From Patescibacteria group bacterium (GTDB lineage: Bacteria; Patescibacteriota; Minisyncoccia; Minisyncoccales; Minisyncoccaceae): a DNA stretch of 32,026 nt. The position numbers and the translations under genes were made by a program. The stretch covers positions 1 to 32,026 of the forward strand of contig JASGMO010000001.1 in the NCBI GenBank assembly GCA_030156465.1, in the 5' to 3' direction. The notes below the pieces were generated by a model that made no database searches, was not told the origin of the DNA, and saw only the letters and a list, made by a program, of their open reading frames with translations. Positions within the stretch are counted from its first letter, which is position 1. Every line of letters begins with the position of its first letter. Positions 23,760 through 31,687 of this stretch are shown piece by piece.

Positions 23760-24812
23760 ATGGATTTTCCAATAGAAAAAACAAAAATGGGTGATGATAG
23801 AAAGTTTAATTTAGCGGACCCAAAGGAAAGAGAAGAATATTTTAAATTGAAATGTGGAGTTGAGATTGAAAAATTAAGAGAGCATTTAAATAATGGTCAT
23901 ACTTTTATTGCTTACTTGCTTGGTAAGAAAAACTCAGGAAAAGGAACTTATTCTAAAATGTTTTCTGAAGTGATTGGGGGAGATAAAATTGAACATTTGT
24001 CAGTTGGAGATATGGTGAGAGCAATTGATGAAGAAATGCAGGACCCTCAAAAAAAAGCAGAATTAGTTGAGTTTCTAGAAAAAAACTATAGAGGATTTTA
24101 TCCCTTAGAAGATATTATTAAGAGCTTGGAAAATAGAGATACGAAAAGCTTATTGCCCGATGAAATTATTTTAGTTTTAGTTAAAAGAGAAATTACAAAA
24201 AGAAAAGGCAAGGTGATATTACTTGATGGTTTTCCAAGAAACTTAGATCAAGTTAGTTTTTCATTATTCTTTAGAGATCTAGTTGATTACAGAGACGATC
24301 CAGACGTTTTTGTTTTAATAGATGTGCCAATGAATATTATCAATGAAAGAATTAAATGGAGAAGAATTTGTCCAAAATGTAATGCTTCAAGAAGCTTAAG
24401 ATTATTGCCAACATCAAAGATTGGTCAAGATGAAGACGGCTATTATTTAATTTGTGATGAAGCAAGCTGTGATGGAGGTAAAATGGTGATGAAAGAAGGA
24501 GATGAGAAGGGGATTGAACCAATCAAAGAAAGGTTATTAATGGATGAAGAAATATTAAAAAAAGCATACTCTTTGTATGGCGTTCCAAAAGTATTATTAA
24601 GGAATGCAATTCCCGCTGATGTTGCTCGTGATTATGTTGATGAGTATGAAATGACTCCAGGATATTCTTTTGAAACAGTTGATGGAGAAATTAAAACTAT
24701 TGAAGAGCCATGGATTGTTGCAGACGATGATGGTGTTCAATGTGTAAGCTTGCAAGCTGCTCCAGTAGTGGTTTCTATGATAAAACAACTCGTTGAAGTT
24801 TTTAAGATTTAA
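23760..24812 (+). CDS. Adenylate kinase-family (NMP kinase) homologue, atypically long with divergent P-loop
   Basis: 350 aa. LLGKKNSGKGTYSKMF (compare GxPGxGKGT), HLSVGDMVRA (compare HISTGDMLR), LLDGFPRNLDQV (compare LLDGFPRT..Q), LID-like RRICPKCNAS...CDEASCDG. About 45 aa N-terminal and 100 aa C-terminal extensions. Confidence 0.65.
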   Translation: MDFPIEKTKMGDDRKFNLADPKEREEYFKLKCGVEIEKLREHLNNGHTFIAYLLGKKNSGKGTYSKMFSEVIGGDKIEHLSVGDMVRAIDEEMQDPQKKAELVEFLEKNYRGFYPLEDIIKSLENRDTKSLLPDEIILVLVKREITKRKGKVILLDGFPRNLDQVSFSLFFRDLVDYRDDPDVFVLIDVPMNIINERIKWRRICPKCNASRSLRLLPTSKIGQDEDGYYLICDEASCDGGKMVMKEGDEKGIEPIKERLLMDEEILKKAYSLYGVPKVLLRNAIPADVARDYVDEYEMTPGYSFETVDGEIKTIEEPWIVADDDGVQCVSLQAAPVVVSMIKQLVEVFKI

Positions 24813-24821
24813 TGCTACAAT
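24793..24821 (+). promoter_or_regulatory. Promoter TTGAAG-17-(TGc)TACAAT driving the candidate small RNA
   Basis: -35 at 24793-24798 (inside the 3' end of the kinase gene); extended -10 TGcTACAAT at 24813-24821. The predicted +1 near G24828 coincides with the start of the RNA closing helix. Confidence 0.5.
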
Positions 24822-24827
24822 AAGCTT

Positions 24828-24959
24828 GGTCCTATCAAATAAATTCCGAACACCTTTTCAATTGGGAGCTTTAATATTTGATTGCCGTGGTAATTAAATG
24901 AGGCACCCACGTGGATCTTTCGGATTCACAGATAGGACCACTGCTTCGGCAGTTTTTTT
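24828..24959 (+). ncRNA. Candidate structured small RNA of unknown class (rod-like fold, own promoter and terminator)
   Basis: TGGTCCTATC (24827-24836) is the perfect reverse complement of GATAGGACCA (24931-24940). Nested helices: 24845-24850/24919-24924, 24863-24871/24901-24909, and a 10 bp apical hairpin 24876-24885/24890-24899 with CGUG loop. A UUCG-loop terminator follows immediately. No ORF. Confidence 0.45.
24940..24959 (+). terminator. Rho-independent terminator (ACTGC-UUCG-GCAGT plus T7)
   Basis: 5 bp stem 24940-24944/24949-24953 with a UUCG tetraloop; T-run 24953-24959. Confidence 0.55.
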
Positions 24960-24963
24960 GTAC

Positions 24964-24985
24964 AAAAAAAACACCAAAAGGTGTT
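24964..24985 (-). terminator. Rho-independent terminator for the minus-strand rpmB-tRNA-Pro unit
   Basis: The minus strand reads AACACC-UUUU-GGUGUU followed by U6 (complement of A24964-A24969), 5 nt downstream of the tRNA 3' end. Confidence 0.6.
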
Positions 24986-24990
24986 TCTTG

Positions 24991-25061
24991 TCGGGCTGCC
25001 AGGAGTTGAACCTGGGTCTTACGCACCCCATGCGCAAATAATACCATTATACTACAGCCCG
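24991..25061 (-). tRNA. tRNA-Pro (anticodon GGG), no encoded CCA
   Basis: Manual cloverleaf on the reverse complement: acceptor CGGGCTG/CAGCCCG plus discriminator A; U8; D-loop AATGGTA with GG; anticodon stem TGCGC/GCGTA; loop AT-GGG-GT; T arm CCAGG-TTCAACT-CCTGG. Confidence 0.85.
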
Positions 25062-25067
25062 AGTATA

Positions 25068-25286
25068 TTAGTTTTTATCTAATGATTTAATACACTTTGT
25101 GCAAGCTAAAATCTTCTTGCCAGCAAAGTTATTAAATTTCTTGTTGCTTGGAGTGGCAGGTACAGTAACTTTTTGTAGATTAGGGTACTTTCTTTTCTTT
25201 GGTGAAGGATCATACTTAGAGATTAACTTATAGTAACTTCCTCCCATTGAAGAAGATTTTCCACATATTTGACATTTCTTTTCCAT
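25068..25286 (-). CDS. rpmB: 50S ribosomal protein L28
   Basis: 72 aa from the ATG at 25286: MEKKCQICGKSS..., RKYPNLQKVTV (compare RRFLPNLQ), ILACTKCIKSL. The longer ORF-track start at 25304 is a TTG. Confidence 0.75.
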   Translation of the reverse strand: MEKKCQICGKSSSMGGSYYKLISKYDPSPKKRKYPNLQKVTVPATPSNKKFNNFAGKKILACTKCIKSLDKN

Positions 25287-25294
25287 ATGCAAGT

Positions 25295-25323
25295 AGATTA
25301 TCAAAAAAGTTGAATAATTGCAA
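25295..25323 (-). promoter_or_regulatory. Promoter TTGCAA-17-(TGa)TAATCT for rpmB, near-leaderless
   Basis: On the minus strand: -35 at 25323-25318, extended -10 at 25303-25295, 8 nt before the ATG at 25286. Confidence 0.4.
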
Positions 25324-25338
25324 GTATTTTGTTAGTAT
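25310..25338 (+). promoter_or_regulatory. Promoter TTGAAT-17-(TGt)TAGTAT for the M50 protease gene, leaderless
   Basis: -35 at 25310-25315, extended -10 at 25330-25338. The +7 position is the A of the ATG at 25345. It overlaps the divergent rpmB promoter. Confidence 0.45.
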
Positions 25339-25344
25339 CAACTT

Positions 25345-25959
25345 ATGGAAATAATAATAGTTTCATTAATAGTACTTTTATTCTCAATAGTTATTCACGA
25401 GGTCGCTCATGGTAGCGTCGCTTATTCTTTGGGTGACTCCACAGCAAAAGACGCCGGAAGATTGACTCTAAATCCAATTAGCCATCTAGATCCAATCGGA
25501 TCAGTAATGCTTCCTGCCTTCTTAATTTTTCTAGGTGGTCCAGTTATCGGTTGGGCAAAGCCAGTACCTATCAACCCTTACAATTTTAATGATCCTAAAT
25601 GGGGCGATTTAAAAGTTTCAATTGCTGGGCCGTTAGCTAATTTCTTTTTAGCTTTAGTTTTCGGATTATTAGTAATGTTTGTTAGTTTACCAGAAAGCTT
25701 TTTAGTAGTTTCATTATTAGTAATATTCTATAATGTTGCTCTAGGTCTTTTTAATTTAATTCCGATTCCTCCCTTAGATGGTTCTCATATATTATTTAGC
25801 TTCTTAGGAGAAAAAGGTTTTGGAATCAGAAGATTTTTAGAGCAGTATGGTTTTTTCTTATTATTACTTCTAATCTTTATAGTTCCCGGTGGAATAAGTT
25901 GGTTATTTAATTTAGCAAATCAAGTAGTTTATTTCTTTGCAGGTCAATTATTATTTTAA
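25345..25959 (+). CDS. Site-2 protease family (peptidase M50) integral membrane metalloprotease
   Basis: HEVAHG (HExxH) in the first TM helix, RLTLNPISHLDPIGS, NLIPIPPLDGSHIL (NxxPxxxLDG) motifs. 204 aa. Confidence 0.8.
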   Translation: MEIIIVSLIVLLFSIVIHEVAHGSVAYSLGDSTAKDAGRLTLNPISHLDPIGSVMLPAFLIFLGGPVIGWAKPVPINPYNFNDPKWGDLKVSIAGPLANFFLALVFGLLVMFVSLPESFLVVSLLVIFYNVALGLFNLIPIPPLDGSHILFSFLGEKGFGIRRFLEQYGFFLLLLLIFIVPGGISWLFNLANQVVYFFAGQLLF

Positions 25960-25971
25960 TAAAATAAAAAT

Positions 25972-26694
25972 ATGAAAATAGAAAACAAAATCGCAATTGT
26001 TACAGGTGGAGGTTCAGGAATAGGTAAAGCTATTGCGGAGAGATTTATTAAAGAAGGTGCTAAGGTAGTATTTTCTGATATAAATGAAATAGATGTTTCT
26101 CAATTTGGAGACAAGGCATTATTTAAAAAATGTGATGTCTCTAAATCAAACGAAGTAGATGAATTAATTAATTTTTGTTTAGAGAAATTTGGGAATCTAG
26201 ATATTATGGTTAATAATGCTGGAATTGGAACGGCGGCAGATATTACCGCTATAACTGATGAAGAGTGGCAAAAAGTTATTAATATTAATTTATCAGGAGT
26301 ACTTTATGGAGCAAGAGCTGCTTCAAGAGTGATGAAAGAAGGTGGATCAATTATTAATATGAGTTCAATTTTAGGATCAGTTGGTTTTGCTAACACAGTT
26401 GCCTATTGTGCCGCCAAAGGTGGAGTTAATCAAATTACAAAAGCAGGTGCACTTGATTTGTCTAAGAAGGGAATTAGAATTAATTCTATTGCTCCTGGGT
26501 TTATCAAAACGAATATGACTAAAGGACTTCAGGAAGATGAAACAACAAAAAAGTTCCTTGAAGGAATGACTCCTTTAGGATACCTAGGTGAGCCAGAGGA
26601 TATTGCTAGCGCAACGGTATATTTAGCTTCAGATGATTCAAAATATGTAACTGGAAATATTTTGTATGTTGATGGAGGATGGACAGCTCAGTAG
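25972..26694 (+). CDS. Short-chain dehydrogenase/reductase (FabG/glucose 1-dehydrogenase-like)
   Basis: TGGGSGIGKAIA, NNAGI, SSILG...YCAAKGG (Sx(n)YxxxK), PGFIKT. 240 aa. Confidence 0.85.
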   Translation: MKIENKIAIVTGGGSGIGKAIAERFIKEGAKVVFSDINEIDVSQFGDKALFKKCDVSKSNEVDELINFCLEKFGNLDIMVNNAGIGTAADITAITDEEWQKVININLSGVLYGARAASRVMKEGGSIINMSSILGSVGFANTVAYCAAKGGVNQITKAGALDLSKKGIRINSIAPGFIKTNMTKGLQEDETTKKFLEGMTPLGYLGEPEDIASATVYLASDDSKYVTGNILYVDGGWTAQ

Positions 26695-26697
26695 TAT

Positions 26698-26726
26698 TTG
26701 ACAATTAAGATATTATTTGGTAGTTT
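26698..26726 (+). promoter_or_regulatory. Promoter TTGACA-17-(TGg)TAGTTT upstream of rpsL
   Basis: Perfect -35 at 26698-26703, 17 nt spacer, TGn-extended -10 at 26718-26726. Confidence 0.45.
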
Positions 26727-26731
26727 AATCA

Positions 26732-26760
26732 CAAGCGAATTTTCGCTTGCGATTTATTTT
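26732..26760 (+). terminator. Hairpin plus U-rich tract: terminator of the SDR gene and/or 5'-terminal stem-loop of the rpsL mRNA
   Basis: CAAGCGA (26732-26738) pairs with TCGCTTG (26743-26749), followed by CGATTTATTTT. It lies just downstream of the predicted rpsL transcription start. Confidence 0.4.
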
Positions 26761-26771
26761 AGAATTGAAAT

Positions 26772-27188
26772 ATGCCAACAATAAGACAATTAATCAGAAA
26801 AAATAGAAAACCATTAAAAGTGAAAGACAAGACGCCTGCTTTGGCTTTTGGATTTAATCCATTAAAGAACAAGCCAAAGAAATATGACTCTTCATTTAAG
26901 AAAGGAGTTTGTCTAAAAGTTTTTACAACTACACCTAAAAAACCTAACTCAGCTTTGAGAAAGGTTTGTAGGGTTAGATTAAGTAATGGAAGTGAAGTTT
27001 CAGCATATATCCCAGGAGAAGGGCACAATCTACAAGAGCACTCAATTGTAATGATAAGAGGTGGAAGAGTTAAAGATTTGCCGGGTGTAAGATATCATGT
27101 TGTTCGTGGTAGATTTGATTGTGCTGGAGTTGAAGGAAGAAAAAAGAAAAGAAGTTCTTACGGAGTTAAAAAACCAACATCTAATTAA
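26772..27188 (+). CDS. rpsL: 30S ribosomal protein S12
   Basis: [51 protein letters not shown]. Confidence 0.95.
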   Translation: MPTIRQLIRKNRKPLKVKDKTPALAFGFNPLKNKPKKYDSSFKKGVCLKVFTTTPKKPNSALRKVCRVRLSNGSEVSAYIPGEGHNLQEHSIVMIRGGRVKDLPGVRYHVVRGRFDCAGVEGRKKKRSSYGVKKPTSN

Positions 27189-27193
27189 AGCAT

Positions 27194-27664
27194 ATGCCAA
27201 CAGGATTAAAATTTAAGAAAAAAGTAATATTACCTGATGCGGTTTACAACGATGCACTTGTTGCAAAGTTTATAAACCAGGTCATGTTAAATGGTAAAAA
27301 AAGTGTAGCTCAAAAAATAGTCTATGGTGCTTTTGATATTATTAAAGAGCAGACTAAAAAAGAACCATTAGATGTTTTTAAATTAGCGATTCAAAATGTT
27401 TCTCCTACATTGGAAGTTAAGCCAAAAAGAGTTGGAGGAGCAACATATCAAGTTCCTATGGAAGTTAAAGGGAATAGAAAATTAAGCCTAGCAATGAAGT
27501 GGATTATTGCATCTTCAAGAAATAAAAAGGGGAAAGCGATGAAAAACAGGCTAGCCGAAGAATTAATAGAGGCCTCTGAAAATAGAGGAAATTCAGTAAA
27601 GAAAAAAGAGAATATGCATAAGATGGCAGAAGCAAATAGAGCTTTTGCTCATTTTGCATCTTAA
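27194..27664 (+). CDS. rpsG: 30S ribosomal protein S7
   Basis: [56 protein letters not shown]. Confidence 0.95.
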   Translation: MPTGLKFKKKVILPDAVYNDALVAKFINQVMLNGKKSVAQKIVYGAFDIIKEQTKKEPLDVFKLAIQNVSPTLEVKPKRVGGATYQVPMEVKGNRKLSLAMKWIIASSRNKKGKAMKNRLAEELIEASENRGNSVKKKENMHKMAEANRAFAHFAS

Positions 27665-27676
27665 TAATCAACATAT

Positions 27677-29788
27677 ATGAGTCGCCAATATCCAATAGAA
27701 AAATATAGAAACATAGGAATTATTGCTCACATTGATGCCGGTAAGACAACAACGACCGAGAGGTTTTTGTTTTACACTGGAATTTCTCATAAAATAGGAG
27801 AAGTTCATGAAGGTGAAGCAATTATGGACTGGATGGAACAAGAAAGAGAAAGGGGCATTACTATTACTTCTGCTGCTACTACTTGTTTTTGGTCTCCCGG
27901 AGAGTATTTAACTAAAGAAAAAACGGATACTCACAGAATAAACCTTATTGATACTCCTGGCCACATTGATTTTACAGCTGAAGTACAAAGAAGTTTAAGA
28001 GTGCTAGATGGAGCAGTTGTTGTTTTTGATGGTGTTGCTGGAGTAGAGGCTCAATCAGAAACTGTTTGGAGGCAAGCCGATAAATATAATGTTCCTAGGA
28101 TTTGCTTTATTAATAAGTTAGATAGAATGGGTGCATCTTTTGAAAAAAGTTTGCAATCTATTTGGGACAAGCTAACCAAAGATGCAGTAGCGATTCAATA
28201 TCCGATTGGAGAAGAAGCACAATTTGAACAAGTTATTGACTTGATAGAAATGAAGGCCGTTAAGTTTGAAGGAGAGATGGGAAAAGATGTAATTTTCTTT
28301 GATATCCCTGAGAATATGATGGAAAAAGCAAAAGAATGGAGAGAAAAGATGATTGAAAAAATTGTTGCTGAGGATGAGGAATTAATGAATAAATATTTAG
28401 GAGGAGAAGAAATATCAGCAGAAGAATTAAAGAAAACTTTAAGAAAAGCAGTCATTGATTGCAAGCTTATTCCTGTTATGGTTGGATCTTCTTTAAAGAA
28501 TAAAGGAGTTCAGTTAGTTATTGATGCAGTTGTCTACTATCTTCCAAGCCCAGTTGATCTTCCAGCTATTCATGGAACAGATGTTAATAACGAAGAAGTT
28601 AAAATAGAAAGACATCCTGATGACAATGAACCATTTTCTGGTTTAGCTTTTAAAGTTGCAACAGATCCTTTTGTAGGGACACTAACATATGTAAGAGCAT
28701 ACTCAGGAAAGTTCACTAAAGGTGGTTATTTATACAATACAGTGACTCAAGAAAGAGAAAGAGTCAGCAGGATATTAAGAATGCACTCTAATGAAAGAGA
28801 AGAAGTGGAAGAAGTTTTTGCTGGTGATATTGTTGCTTTCGTAGGATTGAAAAATACATCTACGGGACATACGCTTTGCGATGAAAAAAATCAGTTAATT
28901 TTAGAAAAGATTGTTTTTCCAGAGCCAGTTATTTCTATTCAGGTTGAGCCAAAAGCCAAAGCTGATCAAGAAAAGATGGGAGCATCATTAAAAAAGCTTC
29001 AAGATGAAGATCCAACATTTAGAATGGAAACAGATCAAGAATCAGGAGAAACAATTTTATCAGGAATGGGAGAACTTCATTTAGATATTATTGTTGACAG
29101 ATTAAAAAGAGAGTTTAATGTTGAAACAAATGTTGGCAGACCTCAAGTTTCTTATAGAGAAACAATTGAAAGAAGTTCTGAAGCGGAATGTAAATATGTA
29201 AAGCAAACTGGAGGTAGAGGTCAATATGGTCATGTTAAGCTTAAAATTGAACCCAAGGAAAGAGGTGAAGGATTTGAATTTATTAATGAAATTAAAGGGG
29301 GAGTTATTCCTAGAGAATATATTCCGGCTGTGGAAAAAGGGGTTAAAGAAGCTATGGAAAAAGGAGTTGTTGCTGGATACCCTTTGATTGATATGAAGGT
29401 AGTCTTGCATGATGGATCTTTCCACGAAGTTGATTCTTCAGAATTAGCTTTTAAAATTGCTGGATCAATGGCGTTGCAAGATGGTGCCAAAAAAGCTGGA
29501 GCATATATCTTAGAGCCAATAATGAAATTAGAAGTTGTTATTCCACCAGAATTTTTAGGAGATGTAATTGGGGATTTATCTTCAAGAAGAGGTCAGATTG
29601 ACGAAACAATAGACAGGCCATCAGTTAAAGCGATTTATGCAAGGGTTCCTTTATCAGAAATGTTTAGTTATGCTACAACATTAAGATCACTAACTCAAGG
29701 AAGAGGAACATCATCAATGGAGTTTGAAAGCTATCAAAAAGTTCCAGGAAATATATCACAAGAAATAATAGAAGGTAAAAGAAGATAA
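27677..29788 (+). CDS. fusA: Elongation factor G
   Basis: [75 protein letters not shown]. Confidence 0.97.
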   Translation: MSRQYPIEKYRNIGIIAHIDAGKTTTTERFLFYTGISHKIGEVHEGEAIMDWMEQERERGITITSAATTCFWSPGEYLTKEKTDTHRINLIDTPGHIDFTAEVQRSLRVLDGAVVVFDGVAGVEAQSETVWRQADKYNVPRICFINKLDRMGASFEKSLQSIWDKLTKDAVAIQYPIGEEAQFEQVIDLIEMKAVKFEGEMGKDVIFFDIPENMMEKAKEWREKMIEKIVAEDEELMNKYLGGEEISAEELKKTLRKAVIDCKLIPVMVGSSLKNKGVQLVIDAVVYYLPSPVDLPAIHGTDVNNEEVKIERHPDDNEPFSGLAFKVATDPFVGTLTYVRAYSGKFTKGGYLYNTVTQERERVSRILRMHSNEREEVEEVFAGDIVAFVGLKNTSTGHTLCDEKNQLILEKIVFPEPVISIQVEPKAKADQEKMGASLKKLQDEDPTFRMETDQESGETILSGMGELHLDIIVDRLKREFNVETNVGRPQVSYRETIERSSEAECKYVKQTGGRGQYGHVKLKIEPKERGEGFEFINEIKGGVIPREYIPAVEKGVKEAMEKGVVAGYPLIDMKVVLHDGSFHEVDSSELAFKIAGSMALQDGAKKAGAYILEPIMKLEVVIPPEFLGDVIGDLSSRRGQIDETIDRPSVKAIYARVPLSEMFSYATTLRSLTQGRGTSSMEFESYQKVPGNISQEIIEGKRR

Positions 29789-29792
29789 AAAT

Positions 29793-29996
29793 ATGAACAT
29801 TCAAGAAATTAGAGAAATAATGGAAGAAGAAGGGGGGAAAATGATCATTCCTGGTGAAGACTCTCCTACCTTAATAATCATGACATTAGATGATTATAGA
29901 AAAGGGAAGGAGGTTAAGCATCAGAATAAAAAAAATAATCCTCCTAAAGAATTAGAAAAAGAACCTTTAACTATTGATGATCTTCCTTTTAATTAG
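29793..29996 (+). CDS. Small acidic hypothetical protein (67 aa) inserted between fusA and tuf
   Basis: ATG 4 nt after the fusA stop. MNIQEIREIMEEEGGKMIIPGEDSPTLIIMTLDDYRKG..., K/N/E-rich linker, C-terminus LTIDDLPFN. No recognised family. Confidence 0.45.
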   Translation: MNIQEIREIMEEEGGKMIIPGEDSPTLIIMTLDDYRKGKEVKHQNKKNNPPKELEKEPLTIDDLPFN

Positions 29997-29999
29997 TTA

Positions 30000-30027
30000 T
30001 TGACTTTTTTTAAAATTTCGTTAAAAT
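30000..30027 (+). promoter_or_regulatory. Promoter TTGACT-16-TAAAAT upstream of tuf
   Basis: -35 at 30000-30005, -10 at 30022-30027. The roughly 30 nt leader is almost purely A/T with no SD. Confidence 0.45.
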
Positions 30028-30063
30028 AAATAAACATAATAAATAATAAAATAAATTAAAAAT

Positions 30064-31254
30064 ATGGCAGAGTTTACAAGAACAAAACCTCACTTGAATA
30101 TAGGAACCATTGGTCATGTTGACCACGGTAAGACTACTTTAAGTGCGGCAATATTACACGCTTTAGCTCTAAGAAGCGGAAGTGGGGCTGAAAAATCAGT
30201 TGAACAAATTGATTCAGCTCCTGAAGAAAAAGCAAGAGGTGTTACAATAAACATTTCTCATTTAGAGTACGAAACAGACAAGAGGCACTATGCTCACATT
30301 GATTGTCCAGGTCACGCTGATTATATTAAAAATATGATTACGGGTGCCGCTCAGATGGATGGAGCAATATTAGTTGTTGCTGCCACTGATGGCCCTATGC
30401 CTCAAACAAGAGAACATATTCTATTAGCTAAACAAGTCGGTTTACCATCTGTTGTAGTATTTTTAAACAAATGTGATATGGTTGAGGATACCGAAATGAT
30501 CGATCTAGTTGAGGACGAAGTAAGGGAATTATTGAAAAAATATGAATTTCCAGGTGATGAGCTTCCAGTAATTAGAGGCTCAGCTCTTAAAGCGTTAGAA
30601 GGAACATCTGTTGATGATGAATGGGTTAAAAAAGTATTGGAATTAATAGATCAATTAGACGCATATTTCCCCGAGCCAATTAGAGATAAAGAGAAACCAT
30701 TCCTTATGGCTATTGAAGATGTTTTCTCAATTGAAGGAAGAGGAACAGTTGCAACAGGAAGAATAGAAAGAGGAGCGATTAACTCTAACGAAGAAGTTGA
30801 AATTATTGGAATTAGACCAACAACTAAATCAACCGCTGTTTCAATAGAAATGTTTAATAAAACATTGACTTATGGAGAAGCAGGAGATAATGTTGGTATT
30901 CTATTAAGAGGATTAAAGAAGGAAGACATTGAAAGAGGTCAAGTATTAGCAAAACCAGGGACTATTACTCCTCACACTGAATTTACAGCACAAATCTATG
31001 TTTTAACAAAGGAAGAGGGGGGTAGACACACACCATTCTTCTCAGGATACAAACCACAATTCTTTATCAGAACAGCTGATATTACAGGTGATGTAGTTTT
31101 AGCAGAGGGAACAGAAATGGTTATGCCTGGTGATACAGTTGATGTTAATGTTAAGTTGATTGTGCCAGTAGCATTAGAAGAAAAACAAGGTTTTGCTATT
31201 AGAGAAGGTGGAAAAACAGTTGGCGCGGGAGTTATTACTAAGATTATAAAATAA
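30064..31254 (+). CDS. tuf: Elongation factor Tu
   Basis: [46 protein letters not shown], the classic EF-Tu sequence. 396 aa. Confidence 0.97.
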   Translation: MAEFTRTKPHLNIGTIGHVDHGKTTLSAAILHALALRSGSGAEKSVEQIDSAPEEKARGVTINISHLEYETDKRHYAHIDCPGHADYIKNMITGAAQMDGAILVVAATDGPMPQTREHILLAKQVGLPSVVVFLNKCDMVEDTEMIDLVEDEVRELLKKYEFPGDELPVIRGSALKALEGTSVDDEWVKKVLELIDQLDAYFPEPIRDKEKPFLMAIEDVFSIEGRGTVATGRIERGAINSNEEVEIIGIRPTTKSTAVSIEMFNKTLTYGEAGDNVGILLRGLKKEDIERGQVLAKPGTITPHTEFTAQIYVLTKEEGGRHTPFFSGYKPQFFIRTADITGDVVLAEGTEMVMPGDTVDVNVKLIVPVALEEKQGFAIREGGKTVGAGVITKIIK

Positions 31255-31260
31255 TAGAAA

Positions 31261-31602
31261 ATGGCAGTGGAAACTTCAAAAAAAACAGAAAGTACGTCTA
31301 AACTTAGGATTAAGTTAAAGGCATATGATCATAAAATAATTGATAAGAGCGCTCAGCAGATAATAGACATGGCTATACGCTGTGGTGTGAAAACTGCTGG
31401 GCCAGTTCCTTTGCCAATAGAAATTAGCAAGTTTACAGTTAATAGGTCAACATTTGTTCATAAGCCATCAAGGGAGCAATTTGAAATGAGAGTTCATAAG
31501 AGAATAATAGATATTCTATCTCCAAATGCAAAGGTGGTTGAGTCATTAAAAACACTTAATCTACCGGCAGGAGTAGATACAGAAATTAAAAGTATTTTAT
31601 AA
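31261..31602 (+). CDS. rpsJ: 30S ribosomal protein S10
   Basis: LRIKLKAYDHKIIDKSAQQIID, GPVPLPIE, FEMRVHKRIIDI. About 10 aa N-terminal extension. Confidence 0.95.
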   Translation: MAVETSKKTESTSKLRIKLKAYDHKIIDKSAQQIIDMAIRCGVKTAGPVPLPIEISKFTVNRSTFVHKPSREQFEMRVHKRIIDILSPNAKVVESLKTLNLPAGVDTEIKSIL

Positions 31603-31651
31603 ATGATAACAGGAATATAATTTAATTAAATATGGTAACACGCTAGTCTTG

Positions 31652-31675
31652 TCTAGGCTGGTTGCCTAGATTTTT
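31652..31675 (+). terminator. Terminator-like hairpin in the rpsJ-rplC spacer (possible attenuator)
   Basis: TCTAGGC (31652-31658) pairs with GCCTAGA (31664-31670), 5 nt loop TGGTT, followed by T5 (31671-31675). Confidence 0.45.
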
Positions 31676-31687
31676 ATTGTAAATAAC

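Noticed and set aside
24828-24940. The structured RNA as the signal recognition particle (4.5S) RNA
   Set aside because: Length and rod shape fit. However, there is no GNAR apical tetraloop, no AGCA-containing symmetric loop and nothing like GGUCCGGAAGGAAGCAGCC. The apical loop is CGUG on an A/U-rich stem. Left as unknown class.
31632-31646. Four-codon ORF (ATG GTA ACA CGC TAG) as a leader peptide, plus an alternative CTAG/CTAG pairing as an anti-terminator for the rpsJ-rplC hairpin
   Set aside because: The alternative pairing is only 4 bp. The mini-ORF has no regulatory codon content. This is too weak to claim an attenuation mechanism.
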